A stretch of 61,317 nucleotides of DNA, filler included, from Sphacelaria rigidula (lineage: Eukaryota), in the NCBI GenBank assembly GCA_964200075.2. It is 6 parts of 6 records of this genome, joined end to end, with 100 filler letters (N's around TTAATTAATTAA, not from the genome) between each part and the next. Parts side by side here need not be neighbours in the genome. Positions count along the whole stretch, not along the records: positions 1 to 10,137 come from CAXNAA020007055.1; positions 10,238 to 20,374 come from CAXNAA020007056.1; 4 more parts are not named here. One strand, written 5' to 3'. Shown here in pieces: positions 1-11,760 of the stretch (position 1 is its first letter; each line of letters starts with the position of its first letter). The notes beneath the pieces are model-generated. The model saw only the letters and a program-made list of their open reading frames with translations, ran no database searches and was not told where the DNA came from. The translations under genes were made by a program, and so were the position numbers.

Positions 1-1965
1 TCTTCCGGCTCTTCGGCCCTGATCTCGTCCTCGATACCGTCAGCATCTTCTTCGACTGCGTCGCGCGATGCATCATCCGCCCCTGAAGTGATGGACCATT
101 CTTTCTCGCCGCTTCCAATCAACGTGAGGAAGGAGCTGGATCTGGAAACAGATCCCGGGCAGCCAGGGCGGACGCGGTCAGGGTCGATGCAATACAAGAC
201 AGACAAGACTGCACTCTTGCACCACAGCTAGGGACTCATGCAGCAGTTGGATAAGCGATCTTTGCTGTCTGCTCTCCTCACGCGCGGCGTGGTTGATGCC
301 GGGCAACAGGGCAACGGTGGTGAGAAAGGGGGGCGCGGGGGAATACCGATGTGACTCGCGACGAGGCTGGCGACGCGTGAAGATATAGATACCGCTTTAC
401 GTGAGAAGCGCGCTCGGAGTACGGTGATTTATGGAGGGACTCGATGGGGCGGGAAGGCCGGGAATTCTGGAGGCGGGGACGATAGACTCAGCGGAAGAGC
501 AACTCGTGGACAACTTTATCCATGCAAAGTGGGTATATAACTGGAAGGCGGACGAGTTTGGATGGCCCACGAAGATGAAGTCGAGACTAGTAGCAAGAGG
601 AGATATGCAGGGGGAGAACAAAGATTTTAGAGAGTTTTATGTCCCGACTGTAGCAGTTTCTAGCGTACGTTTGTTGGCGACTCTGGCTTGTGAGCAAAAT
701 CTCGCGTTGCGCCATTTTGATATCGAACAAGCTTTTGTACAGTCTGAGTTGGACGAGGATGTTTTCATGTGGTTGCCATTTGGTTGTGGTAACTTATCTG
801 GTAAAATAGTAAGACTCAATAAAAGTTTGTACGGACTGAAACAGGCAAGTCGGCAGTGGCATAATCACCTGGCGGAATGTGTATTTGTTTTGGGATTTGA
901 TCAGTGCTTGGCGGATTTATGTGTGTTTCGGTTGATTGAAGATGGCAGGGTGATTATCACCAATATAGCACATGGAGACTATGTGTTCGCAGTGGGAGAG
1001 AAGGACAGATGTGACGAGTTTGGTAAAGATCTCAACACGATGGTTCCAGTCAAAAATCTCGGAGATTTGGCTTGGTATTCTGGACTGTACTATGAGAGAG
1101 ATATTGAAAGGTGGACTCTGAAAATTACACAACAAACATACGCAGAAGAGTTGGCCAAGGAATACGGAATAGAGGGGGGAAAGAGTATCCCACTGCTGTT
1201 GGTGCGAAGCTTGAAGAGTTCAGTGTAGAAGAGCAGGCAACGGAATTCCCGTTTCGGAAATTGATAGGGTCACTGATTTGGCTGGCAACTCAGACGAGGC
1301 CAGGCATATCTAACGCAGTACATGCAGTGTCGAGGTACTGTGCCTCACCGAAACACCTTCATTGGCGTGCTGCACTTGGTATTTTGGGGTATGGTAGGCG
1401 AACAAGTTCACTGGGGATTTCTTTTCGCAGAAGAAGTATACAGGGGTTGAGCTTCCATGTTTTTGCAGACGCAGACTACGCAAGTAAGGCAGCTGATAGG
1501 CGGTCGATATCAGGAGGGCTAGTCATGTGTGGAGGTGGATGTGTGTCTTGGTTTTCAAGGACTCAGAAGTGTGTAACGCTGTCAACAACGGAAGCAGAGT
1601 ACGTTGCGATGACAGATATTCTGAAGGAGGTATTGTTTTTGGGACAGGTTTGGCGTTTCATGTTGCCGCAGATGAGAATGCCATGCATCGCGGTGTTTGA
1701 GGATAATCAGGGAGCTATTCAGTTGGCAAAGAACCCAATCACGAACTCCAACTCCAAGCACATCGACGTACGGCATCATTTTATCAGGGAGTTGGTTGGG
1801 AGGAATGAGGTTTCGGTTATTCACATGAGATCAGAGTATCAACATGCCGGTTTTGTCACTAGAGTGTCGCCGACAGAGTCTTTTGAGTCTCACCGTAGTA
1901 TTGTCATGAACATCATGTATAGTCTGCAAGACACTGGTATATCGGTTTGGTTTGAGGTGGTGTGA
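1..1965 (+). pseudogene. Ty1/copia retrotransposon pol, 3' half (reverse transcriptase + RNase H), decayed
   Basis: ORF 431-1228 has copia RT motifs (KWVYNWK, KSRLVARG, HFDIEQAFVQ, LNKSLYGLKQASRQW); the catalytic YxDD is degraded to AHGDY. After a frameshift near 1190, ORF 1111-1965 has RNase H motifs (FADADYA, STTEAEYVA, FEDNQGA, KHIDVRHHFIRE). Positions 1-430 are a disrupted upstream region. Confidence 0.95.
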
Positions 1966-2039
1966 TTCGTTTTCGGGGACATTTATCCATCCCGGAAACG
2001 TAGGGGTACTCGGCAATGGTTGCAATAATTTCAATTTTG

Positions 2040-2300
2040 CAGTGAATTATTTTATATTCTCGACAAGTACGGCCGGATTTGATTTTTTGTTGCAGACAAA
2101 ATATTTCTCAATGGTTTTTAGTGTTGGATTTCGATCTTCGACGGGTACGATCGGATTTGATTTTTCGTTGCAAACAAGAATAATTTTCAATCGTTTTAAT
2201 ATTGGATTTCGATCTTCGACGGGTTTGACCGGATTTGATTTTTTGTTGCAGACGGAATATTTTTCAATGATTTTTCGTGATGGACTTCGAGTGCCACAAA
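2040..2300 (+). repeat. Diverged tandem repeat, about 3.5 copies of a ~78-bp unit, in the copia 3' non-coding region
   Basis: Recurring ttggatttcgatcttcgacggg and cggatttgattttt(t/c)gttgca blocks at about 2073/2123, 2151/2202 and 2230. Confidence 0.8.
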
Positions 2301-2711
2301 AGGTGTCGTAGTAAATATCGGAAACTGGACTGGTTTTCGAGTTTGCGTTTGTTTGATGTATTTTTTATATTGTCGACCATATCTCTGGGTTTTTTGACAT
2401 TTTGGTTTGCGATGATTTGAGTTTTTGAATCCAAATTCTTTTTCAGTACTGAAAGGCGTGATGGGATGGATAAAGAGCATGAAAATGTCATGACGTATTG
2501 AGGAAAAGGACTCAAGGAAGGAGTTTCAGTTTGCGAAGTAGAGGACGTTACCGTATGTCTGTACACGGGTGAGACGGGTTCTTTGTGCTTGGTAATATTG
2601 CATTGAATACTGTCTAGTGGGGTTTGAGGCATGAGTAGAATTAGGCCGTAAGTAGGAGGGCTAATCAAATATGAGCGTATGAGACTTGAGAATTGAGTGG
2701 AGTTGAGCCGT

Positions 2712-3043
2712 GAGTAGGAGGGCTGATCGAATACACTCACATTCAATGATGGATACATGTAAACAGGCCTGGATGCGTGGGAAATGGATATTGTGATCGG
2801 ATCATGACATATGGGTGAAGGGCAGATAAGAGATACAGTTCTGTTGTTAAAGGTTTACCCGATATGTTGGTTGCAGCAAAAATCTGCTGAGAGGCACACG
2901 CCCAATCGCGTGGCCAAGAAATCAGGCTCTAACGTGTTATTTTTGCATGATTGGTTTTTCACGATTGAACACCGCCCCCTTTTTGGCAGTTCATCTTTCT
3001 GGGTTTTTACGTTTTGGGTGGAGAGTATAATATACATTTATCA
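2712..3043 (+). mobile_element. Candidate polypurine tract and 3' LTR of the copia element
   Basis: GAGTAGGAGGGC (2712-2723) is followed by TGAT at 2724, with a possible ATCA end at 3043. A second PPT-like copy lies at about 2650. There is no 5' LTR in the window to confirm the boundaries. Confidence 0.4.
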
Positions 3044-3242
3044 ACAAGGGAATCAATTCAAGAACACAGGTCCCACGACCTTCCTCAAACACAGATCCTC
3101 GCGCCGAGTAGGAGATTCAGCCTTCAAGGGTTGATTTTTTTTTTCTAGGATGAGCGACGCCATCGCATCACAGCCAGAGAGTGCATTTGTACTTTTATTT
3201 CGAAAACATTTCGATGCAGATGAAGGTTTCGAAGCTTCATCG

Positions 3243-3274
<32 letters not shown>

Positions 3275-3926
3275 TCCTCAATTTTAAGGAAATCGTGTGA
3301 ATTATGGTCGTAACGAGGCGGGTGCATCTGTATGTCACAAGGCGACGGGGCCGCCTCGGCTTTCCAATCGAAGCATAGGAGCGGGCGTCTCCTGCGCTAT
3401 GCTCACATGATCTTTGCTGCTCGTCCATGAATTCCGCCACTACAACACCCCGACAACAACAACGCGTGCTGGCAGGAGCCCGACGGCGACTTTTGCAAAG
3501 AGGTTCACCGAGTCCACCCTGACCGTCCAGAAGCGCGAGCGTCAAAAACGCACTTCAACAAAATCTGGAGGAAGCACAGACCACACATCAAGGTTAGGGT
3601 AGGCGGAGGTTTTATGAAGTGCGATCCATGCATCAAGCTAAAAGAGACCCTGCATGGAGCCCCAGGCGTGAAGCCCCCAGTCGATTCAACCTTCCTGAAC
3701 AAAGCCGCCGACCACCTCGAACAGCATCGGAGAGTGAAGATCATACTGAGAGGTGCCGTAAACGTTATTATCATCCTTGCGTTTCGATCATATATTACAC
3801 GATGGGTGAAGCATGACCCGTCGCCCTATCAACAACAACTACAGTAGATCGTGGTAAGTACCAGTTTGGTGCGTAATCACTTGAAGTAAGTATATTACGT
3901 CATGATGACTACGTCAGAAATGCTTC

Positions 3927-4139
3927 AAACGCGGGATTTGACAGATCAGGGGTGGATTTGTATTGGGGATGAGAACCCGGACAATAAAAATCTTCGTATC
4001 CGCAACAAAAGTTCGAAACATGGTTCCATTTATTCACTTACTGGCAGCTATTGACAACTACTCCACGCCATACGAATTTGGATTTTGTTCTCATCCCCGA
4101 CAAAACCTTCATCCCCAATTTATAAAATCCCGTGTTTTC
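3927..4139. mobile_element. Internally deleted copy of the palindromic MITE at 41543-41986, lying in an intron
   Basis: Shares attggggatgagaa(a)cccgg..aaaatcttcgtatc..ttcgaaa(c/t)atggttccattt with 41578-41650, and ends with the inverted ttctcatccccga..atcccgtgtt. Confidence 0.8.
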
Positions 4140-5762
4140 AACAACACGCGCTTTCATTATGCGGTGGTTGTCCTACGCAGCAATCGATCGCACTCCTCCA
4201 AACGTGCACTCCACGCTGCTTGCACATGCTGTGTTGGACAGATGATCCAAGCTGATCGGCAGGTCATCGCAGACACCACGCAAGCCGTGCTGCGAGCCAA
4301 AGCCGATGGGAAACCGTTGGACTACATCTCGCTGTCGGTAGACGCGGCAAATCAGACGACGCATATCCTTCCGAAAGTATACCCCCCTACACATGGCGGC
4401 CAGAGGCGATTATTTTGCAATGACAAGCTGAGGTTACGGAGTTTTAGACGCATCTTTGGTGACAACCCGTTCTTGATGTCGTCCACTGTATCAACACTAC
4501 TACCGAACGACGTCAGGTAACCCCCTGTTCGTGTTGTCCTACGTTGCGATAATTAAACATGTTACCAGGGGCTACACAGAGCGCCTGAAACTCAGTGTGC
4601 GCTAGTCGAAGACCAGTGCGTCGAAGTGTTCTTCACGCCTCAGCATCTCGGGGTACGTTCGTGATTTTCCTAGTCAGAAACTAACGATTGGGCAGTACAA
4701 CGTACTACATACTGCCACCGCCGATGGAGCAAGCGTCCGGCCGTGTCGTGCTGTACGCCACACTTCACTCCCTTGTCCTGCACGGCAATACACGTGTGCC
4801 AAAGTCCACCACAATCGAATACCTCGCCCTTCGTCCGCAATATTTGCCATGCAGGCTGCAATCTCGCTTGCCCGGCTGTCCATCTCGCCCTCACCAGGCT
4901 GATCGACACGCATCACAAGTCGGGCAGCGACGGGGGGTGCATCATCAAGCATGCGCACTGGCAGGTGAGCTTCGTCACGGAACACATCGTCGTCAATATA
5001 TGTTAAACACTTCGTCGAGGGCCTGGAGTGCATGCATTGTTGTAATGTGCAAACCGAGAGCCACCAGCTACGATCCTCAGATCGTTACGTGGGGTATTCC
5101 ATGCCCACAGACAAAAGGAGGATTTCAATGATCTCCATCACCGCCCCCCAACGCTTCTTACCGGCAACCACTCAGGTGGACAACGCCGCCTCGGAGAACA
5201 AGAACAACTTCTTCCTCGGGTACGCGGGGATGTTAGTGGCGGAGGAGATCGTGGGCGTGATCGAGGTGAACTTGATGCTGGTGGGACACACCCACATAAA
5301 AATCGACCAGGTGTTCTCTAGGTGAGCGGCAAGCACGGTCGACGACCTTAAGATGTCAGCGTCGTATGCGTCGGAAATGGCTCGTGCACCGAACAACTCC
5401 GTGCATGTGTTGTCGCTGTATGAATATTGTCACACGACAGTCATGACATGCGCTGCTGTAGACAGGTGTTGTCTCGGGCTGCGTGATCGAGCTCCCACAC
5501 TATCTACCGCACTTCCACCAGCGTCCATGAAAGCTCGCGGAAGTCGCCGAGAGATCCGATGGAACGTGGTCGAATTCATTTCCATGGAGGTTCGTTAGTT
5601 CTATATGATGGCCGCGACTTCGATGGAAGCTATCTCGACGCAGCTACCATCGAGGTTTAGGGCTTTCATGCAAGGTCCGTGTGAATATTTTGACGGACGA
5701 ACTTCTATGGAATCATATATGTTTCTGCGGAAGTACGTGGAACAAGCTGCGTGGAAGGTTCC

Positions 5763-6480
5763 CAAGGGCAGGTCGAGTAGAGAATGTACTTCACAGTATT
5801 CGAGGAAAATACTCGAATATTTACGCTCCCCAAATCTTGAGAAGGTCGAATACGACCTCAAATACCCTACTCAAATATCGAGTAAAAACACTCTTCGTAA
5901 AACTTGAGTGTAGGCCAGCACTAGGGTATGACCTCAACACTGTAACAAAACATTTAGGAGGTCGAGTACGGCCTCAAATACTCTACTGAACTGTTGGGTA
6001 GATTGGGTACGACCTCGAATAGTCTACTCAAAGTTTGGGTACATCGCATACGACCTGCAGACATCTACTCAAATATCGAGGAAGTACCGTCAGTAATACT
6101 TGAGCACAGAGTATCGCCTGGGTGTGATGGGTAACCGCAGTCTACACGATACAATCCGAACGCCCTTCGACAATACCCCAATATTCATTCTACCCTAGTT
6201 TTACACCATGTGGTTTTGATCCACATGCGTTCTCGAACATTTTGTATCAGAATGTTCGCTGAAGTTTGATCGGAAATCAGCCCTAATGATGGGTGAGAAA
6301 CTCAGTGAATACGTCGTTATTTACTTTGCCCAGGATGAGTATCTTGCAGACGAACTTGAATGCCAAAGCGAAACTTATACCCAAGGTTTTTGGTACATCG
6401 GGTCCGGCCTCAGATACCCTACCCAAGGTTCGGATTGATTGGGTACGATCTCAAACTCTCTACTCAAATTTGGGGTAGAC
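5763..6480 (+). mobile_element. Non-autonomous repeat with a CAAGGGCAGGT terminus and internal gggtagattgggtacgacctc units (hAT-like MITE family)
   Basis: The same terminus and subrepeats occur at 50743-51020 (+) and 11040-11322 (-). Confidence 0.7.
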
Positions 6481-7751
6481 TGCGAACGAGTGCAAACGCT
6501 ACGATATCACAGATGGTTTGGAATTCCCTGTGTGATGATACTTAGAATGCGTGTTCGCCCACTGGATGCGCGCGGCCACTACACCCGAGAGAACGCTCTC
6601 CATATAGTTTCCCCAGTGTCTTGGCGGTTTGTTGGCCGAAGCGATGTGGCTGCCAAACACACTAAGATTGAAGTGATTTCTTCTACGGTAACGAGCTTTT
6701 TTCGATTGCGATGATCCAAGCACTTTTGGGAGCGGGCTGCTCGCAGCTGCTCCGAGTCCTCCGTCGCCGTGTGTTACTGGTAGGCGTCTCACACTTGATG
6801 TGCGGTCGTCGTCACGTGCAGGTTCGCGATAGGCGTGAAGGGAAAGAGCATCTTCACAAGATCACAGCAAGCTGCTGAATTCCAGACGTCCTACCGGGAG
6901 CTCCCGGTCCACTGTCTAACCCGGCGAAATCTGGGCAATTTCAAGGGCCTCCTGAACGGTCGTGTCAACCGTGTGGCGAACATCACGACCTTCAGAGCTT
7001 TCCGCGTGGAGAAGCGTGGTAGGCGGGTGCAGGTGATGTTCAAGCGATACATGCACGAGAAGCAGTGGAGCGGGAGATGCGCGGACGGCTCATTAGACCG
7101 GCCCCTCCACACATCCTCTTCATCACCCCCGCACCTAATATCCGATGTACCCCGCCGTACCAGCTCCACACGGTGACCGACGAAGTTCTTCGCAAGGTGC
7201 GGCAGCGGTGCGAAGCTTCCCACGAGCGTCTACCGGCTGCATTCCCTGGCGGTGAGCTACCACCGTCGTACATCTCCCCTTCTCACATTCTACTTGCACC
7301 TGCGTTTCCTCTCGCTTCTTATTGTTTTGTTGTATACATTCATTATGGGGTTCCGTTGTGTGTTCACGTCCATACCAAAGGTGTGATTCGCAGCAGATAC
7401 ACCCGGCTCTGTCTTCTTACATCCTCCCTTGTCACCATCGTGTCTTTTTGCCCTCCTTTTCAATTGCGAACGCCCAGAAGGGTTCACTTGCGTTTCACGC
7501 CCGACGTCCCCGTACTCCCGTCACTTGCTTGCTTGCGCCAGATCCGATAGCCGAACAAGCCGCAAAGGAGGAGATGGAAGACTCCGCAATAGTTCTGGGG
7601 GAGACGGGCGAGCGAGCCTTCGACCTCCCAGTGCATTGGTTTCCGTCCGAGGACGAAATGCCTTCCGAGCCCGACCTTGGCGGGGGTTCTTCTGCAGACG
7701 ACTCACTCAGCACTGACAGCAGCGAACTCCCTGTTGCATCATCCTCTGACG

Positions 7752-7975
7752 CAGACAGCGATAGCACGGACGACGATGAACCGGATGGCGGTGGACGGGG
7801 CCGGCGTTCAACAAGGGGGTACGGCTGGGCGACGTCCAACACGAGACGACACCGCGCTTGCCAACGACGACTGTTCAGACAGCAATTGCACGGATAATGA
7901 TGAACCGGGTGGCGGTAGATGGGGCCGGTGTCCAACAAGGGGTACGGCTGGGCGACGTCCAACACGACACGATAA
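7752..7975 (+). repeat. Tandem duplication (period 124 bp) inside the last transposase exon
   Basis: cagacagc..cacgga..gatgaaccgg..ggcgg..ggggccgg..caacaagggg(g)tacggctgggcgacgtccaacacga occurs twice; the extra G in copy 1 shifts the frame. Confidence 0.9.
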
Positions 7976-9356
7976 CTCTGTTGTCGAGGAAGGTTGTTTT
8001 GCCTTCTTTATCGCTACGGGGGCACCTTTCGTCACCGGAAACGTTTTGGCGAAGCGTGTTAGCGATGACGGAGATAGTGGGGTGGATCTGCATTGGCTAC
8101 GGCCGTGCCGCGATGCCATTCTTAGACATGCCGCATCCATGAGCCCTGACGAGTACGGGAAAGTCGCGTTCGCGGAGAGCTACGTATTCTGTGAGACTAC
8201 TGGTGGAAGCGGGGGGCGCTCTAAGCGGCAGCGGGAAAAGGAATCCAGCTGGGAGCCCATGTCCAAACTTGTTACGACGTGCACCGCACTCATCAGCAAA
8301 GGGAAGAGGATCTCATCTAAGGTGTTGGCGACGTTAAGGGTCGCGAGTGAAGCCAGGGGGTGGTGGGGTGGGGGGCGTAGAAGTCGAGGCAGGGAGTGAA
8401 GTGGGGTAGGAAACGGGGCCTTGTGGCGTTGGTCGGACGGCATCGATTAAGTGATAAGGGCAACGCTTTGGCGGAATTTCAACCATGAGTAACACCTACA
8501 GAGGACGTGATAGATGCCCGCGGTTTTGAAAGACAACGTATGTCCTTGTCGGTTGATGAATGCGGGCTTCAAAATAGTCATCCTACGACTGCTGCCGAGA
8601 TAACCCCCCCCCCCCCGAACCGGCCAAAAACGTGCACGGAGGAGGGAAAGAAGAGGAGGGGNNNNNNNNNNCTACTACGGCGGCCGAGCTCCCCCCCCCC
8701 CCCCGAACCGGCCAAAAACGTGCACGGAGGCGATAATCATGAATACCGTTAGAGCTGGTTTTGTGCTTCACGACGCGACTCATTTGCACGTTATCGCTGA
8801 TTTAAGACTCCTACCCGCCTCTCATGCGGGCGAAATTGCTGCAAACGATCCAAATAGTGGGGTCACAGCCGGTTTGTCGGACGATCTCCGGTGCACTTTT
8901 TTGTGGGGGGGCTATCTCGGCATTAGTCCTACGTTCAATAGATATCTTACGTTCTTCTCGTGTTTCCGTGGTGCCACCAACCTCTTGTTGTAACATTGTT
9001 TATTGCAGAAAGGGTGTTTTCCAGCACCTACCCGCCTGACGCACCTAGCTACTTACCTTGTGGTTATGGCGGGGTCGCAGAGACTAGAAACAGTAGTGGG
9101 GCCATCAAACAACTGTGTGTGTGTACTATGGTCACCATATCAGAAAGGGCGGGTATGCCCGCACGCAAGAAAGAATGCCGCGGTAACAGTGAGTACAGTA
9201 AGTAGTAACTCAGGTGACAGCACGGAGCACGGAGGGATATATCGCTGATGGTTACGAACTTCGAAACAGCAGTACCACGCTGAATATCAACAATGATGCG
9301 AATTACTACGAGGGTGGGCAAAAAACATGGTCTTATGACTATGGCATGCATGATCC

Positions 9357-9650
9357 ACACGTGGCCACTGGGGGGAGGCTCCAGGACCTTGCGGGCACCT
9401 TGCGCAACCTGGCCCGGCAAGGTAGGTTATCCACCTTTGGCAAGGTGGAGGTTGCGCAAGGTGCGTTGCACAAGGTCCTGGAAGGTCGTGGAAGGTCTAG
9501 TAAGGTACGTTGCACAAGGTTTTGCAAGGTACAGTGCACAAGGTCCTGCAAAGTACGTTGCACCAGGTCCTGTATGGTACGTTGCACAAGGTTCTGCAAG
9601 GTAGCTTACACCAGGTTGCGCGAGATACCTTACACCAAGGTCCAGCATTT
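9357..9650. repeat. Hairpin plus 24-bp tandem array (aaggtacgttgcacaaggttttgc-like, about 6-7 copies)
   Basis: tccaggaccttgcg..caccttgcgcaacct (~9380-9410) is the inverse of aggttgcgcaaggtgc..caaggtcctgga (~9449-9482). The 24-bp units run from about 9500 to 9640. Confidence 0.8.
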
Positions 9651-10137
9651 GGACAGGTGTCGACGTCTCCAACACCTTGGAGTCAGAAATATGAAGCTTT
9701 CCTTGCAGTTGATCATGTCGTGTATGCTTCCTCTCTTTGCACCACATTATTCTGCCGCTTCAAGAACATGACACGAACAATATATACCTCCCTCCCCCCG
9801 GAAAAATAAAAAAGGACATGCGCCGGCCTCAGGACGCTCCTGTGCTGGTGAGCAAGGTTCTGTACTCGGTCATGAGTATAACCACCAACAAGTCGCGAAC
9901 CGTTTTCAAGATCATCCCGTAGATCCATTCAAGCTGTTGACAGGATACGTGTTCTATTTATGCAGGCGTCTATCGTGGTCATCCACGACGTCAGATTCCC
10001 CCACCCCCATCTTCACGTACAGCAGCATAAAAAACGGAGAGCTTCCACAGTATATATACCGAACACCATGCAGTATATACCCACTCAACCCCTTCAGAGA
10101 CATCGTACATGACGCCTTTGACATAGTTATGCAGTAT

Positions 10138-10237
10138 NNNNNNNNNNNNNNNNNNNNNNNNNNNNNNNNNNNNNNNNNNNNTTAATTAATTAANNNNNNN
10201 NNNNNNNNNNNNNNNNNNNNNNNNNNNNNNNNNNNNN
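10138..10237. other. Artificial spacer N44-TTAATTAATTAA-N44 (also 20375-20474, 30611-30710, 40847-40946, 51083-51182)
   Basis: Five identical 100-nt spacers at a spacing of 10,236-10,237 bp; the 12-mer has stop codons in all six frames. Confidence 0.98.
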
Positions 10238-10342
10238 GTGTTGACCTTCCTCTTGTGTGACCCCGGCTGATGCGCCCACATATCTCGAAAGGGGTAGACT
10301 GGCGCCCAGAGTAGATGGGACGACAACACAACACACACACAA
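10238..10342 (+). mobile_element. 3' end of the tRNA-derived SINE family
   Basis: ccttcctc(t/c)tgtgtgacc..gcgcccac..cgaaagg..tagac..atggga..acaa followed by a (CA)n tail, matching 11650-11760. Confidence 0.85.
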
Positions 10343-10724
10343 ACCATCATTTCTCGATGAATTCTGAACAGATTTGGGTAAAGTCACGCACAACATGTTC
10401 ACCTAATGAGCAGCTACGGCTCGAATTGTGTGTTTTTGGTTTGCGGGGGCACCAAGTTCCTCAGGTTCAGCTCTGATTTCGTCGAGTTGTGTGATGAGCC
10501 TTTGCATGTGCCACTGTCAACGAGACACTTATGTCCCCCTTCGAGGTGTCCGGAAATCGCCTATTCAAAAGAGGATTTGAAGAAGTCTTTCTCACTTCCC
10601 GAGACCCTCTCCCAAAAGGAGATTTCTGAGCACGTTTTCTGGGGTGATATCGCAGCGAACAATCAGTGGTGGTTTTTCAAAAAAGGGAAAATCCTCTTCG
10701 ATAAGAAGGGCCTCAAGCAGTGAG

Positions 10725-10789
10725 TGCAGATAATACTGCGCTGTCTGCGCTGCACGTTTCTCGCTCCTCTTTTACATCCTACTGTACGA

Positions 10790-10834
<45 letters not shown>

Positions 10835-11040
10835 AAGCACACTTGATGCACACAGTGCAGACGGTACAGTACTGTATTATAGACAAGCGAACAAGTGCCG
10901 CTTCACGAATTTCACTGTCTTTTTGTGATCGAAAGCTTGCCAATTCGCTTCGACCCAACTCGCTAGAAATGAAGTAATTCGCACAAATCAATTCCACCGC
11001 ACTTTTTTTGCGATTGAAAAATGATGTGCTGAGGCACGGC
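10725..11040 (-). repeat. Dispersed repeat with a (CA)n tract; inverted homolog at about 43205-43520
   Basis: caagtgccgcttcacgaatttcactgtctttttgtgatcgaaa is the inverse of tttcgatcgaaaaaagacagcgaaattcgtgaagcggtacttg at 43318-43360; aatcaattccaccgcactt also matches. Confidence 0.8.
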
Positions 11041-11322
11041 CTTACCCAGTATTTGGGGTAAAGTAATGAAATATTACCCAATCTACCCAATGTTTGGGTC
11101 GAGCATTCCAGATCGTATCCAACTTACCCAATTTTTGGGTAGAGTATTGAGGTCATACCTAAGTGGTATTCTATACCCAGCCAGGTATCGCTCAGAGCGC
11201 TCACCCAATATTTGGGTAGAGAATTTGAGGCCGTACCCAATCTACCCAAGCCTTGGGTAGAATAAATACCCGGGTATTTTACCCGGCTATCCAAAAGTAG
11301 ACACCCTACCCTACCTGCCCTC
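11040..11322 (-). mobile_element. Copy of the CAAGGGCAGGT/gggtagattgggtac MITE family
   Basis: Reverse complement of 50743-51020 (tacccaatctacccaag; accctaccctacctgccct). Confidence 0.8.
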
Positions 11323-11390
11323 GAAGAACCCAGGTATAAATCCTATTGGTGTTGTACTACAACATCACCACTGTATATGGCATCTGGGAG

Positions 11391-11760
11391 CCGGTCGTCG
11401 CGGTGGCTCACTTGGTAAGCTCGAAACCTACTGACGGTTGGGTTGGGAGTTCGAGTCTCGAAGTGATCTGGGATTTTTTTTCACACAATGCTCAACAGTG
11501 GAGGGCGACTATGTCGTGCATACACAAAATTCGACTTGACGGTCGACGAGGGAAAGAGAGCGCTGAACCTCTCTGGCGATGAAAAATATTAGGCAAGCAC
11601 CGCAGGAGGAAGGCGCAGAACTAAAAAAGAAGAAAAAGGAAGAGCTTCTGTTTTGGCCTTCCTCCTGTGTGACCGCGGCTGGTGCGCCCACGTATACCGA
11701 AAGGTGTACTTGTAGACCGACGTCCATAATAAATGGGATGACAATACACACACATACACA
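11391..11760 (+). mobile_element. Full-length tRNA-derived SINE with (CA)-rich tail and TSD
   Basis: A box GGTGGCTCACTTGGT (~11403), B box GTTCGAGTC (~11449), 3' hairpin tatacc-GAAA-ggtgta and a CA tail. The flanking direct repeat catctggg(a/g)g lies at 11381 and 11759. Confidence 0.85.

Larger units (their letters stand above)
3540..8399 (+). pseudogene. Spliced DUF7869-type (Sola-related DDE-like) transposase gene, frameshifted
   Basis: Motifs in order: HFNKIWRKHRPHIKV..FMKCDPC (~3550-3640); ISLSVDAANQTTHILP (exon from 4242); GCNLAC..KHAHWQ (exon 4855-4964); VDNAASENKNNFFL..MLVGHTHIKIDQVFSR (exon 5176-5321); FAIGVKGKSIFT.. (exon 6822-7251); acidic C-terminal exon 7542-8399. GT-AG sites are phase-compatible from 4964 onward. 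There is a stop at ~3845 and frameshifts at ~7100 and ~7815. The family name is from motif recall, not a database search. Confidence 0.75.

Noticed and set aside
8600..8730. Direct repeat ccccgaaccggccaaaaacgtgcacggagg
   Set aside because: Flanks a 10-N gap and poly-C runs; may be an assembly overlap artefact.
9214..9771. 185-aa ORF with KVRCTRSC repeats as a Cys-rich protein
   Set aside because: Product of the 24-bp DNA array, open in several frames on both strands; no evidence of coding.
10182..10193. TTAATTAATTAA as a biological motif
   Set aside because: Embedded in N runs at fixed spacing; an artificial linker.
11400..11465. tRNA genes at 11400, 27640, 28400 and 34845
   Set aside because: Pol III box-like motifs are present but there is no complete cloverleaf; the first and third are attached to SINE bodies.
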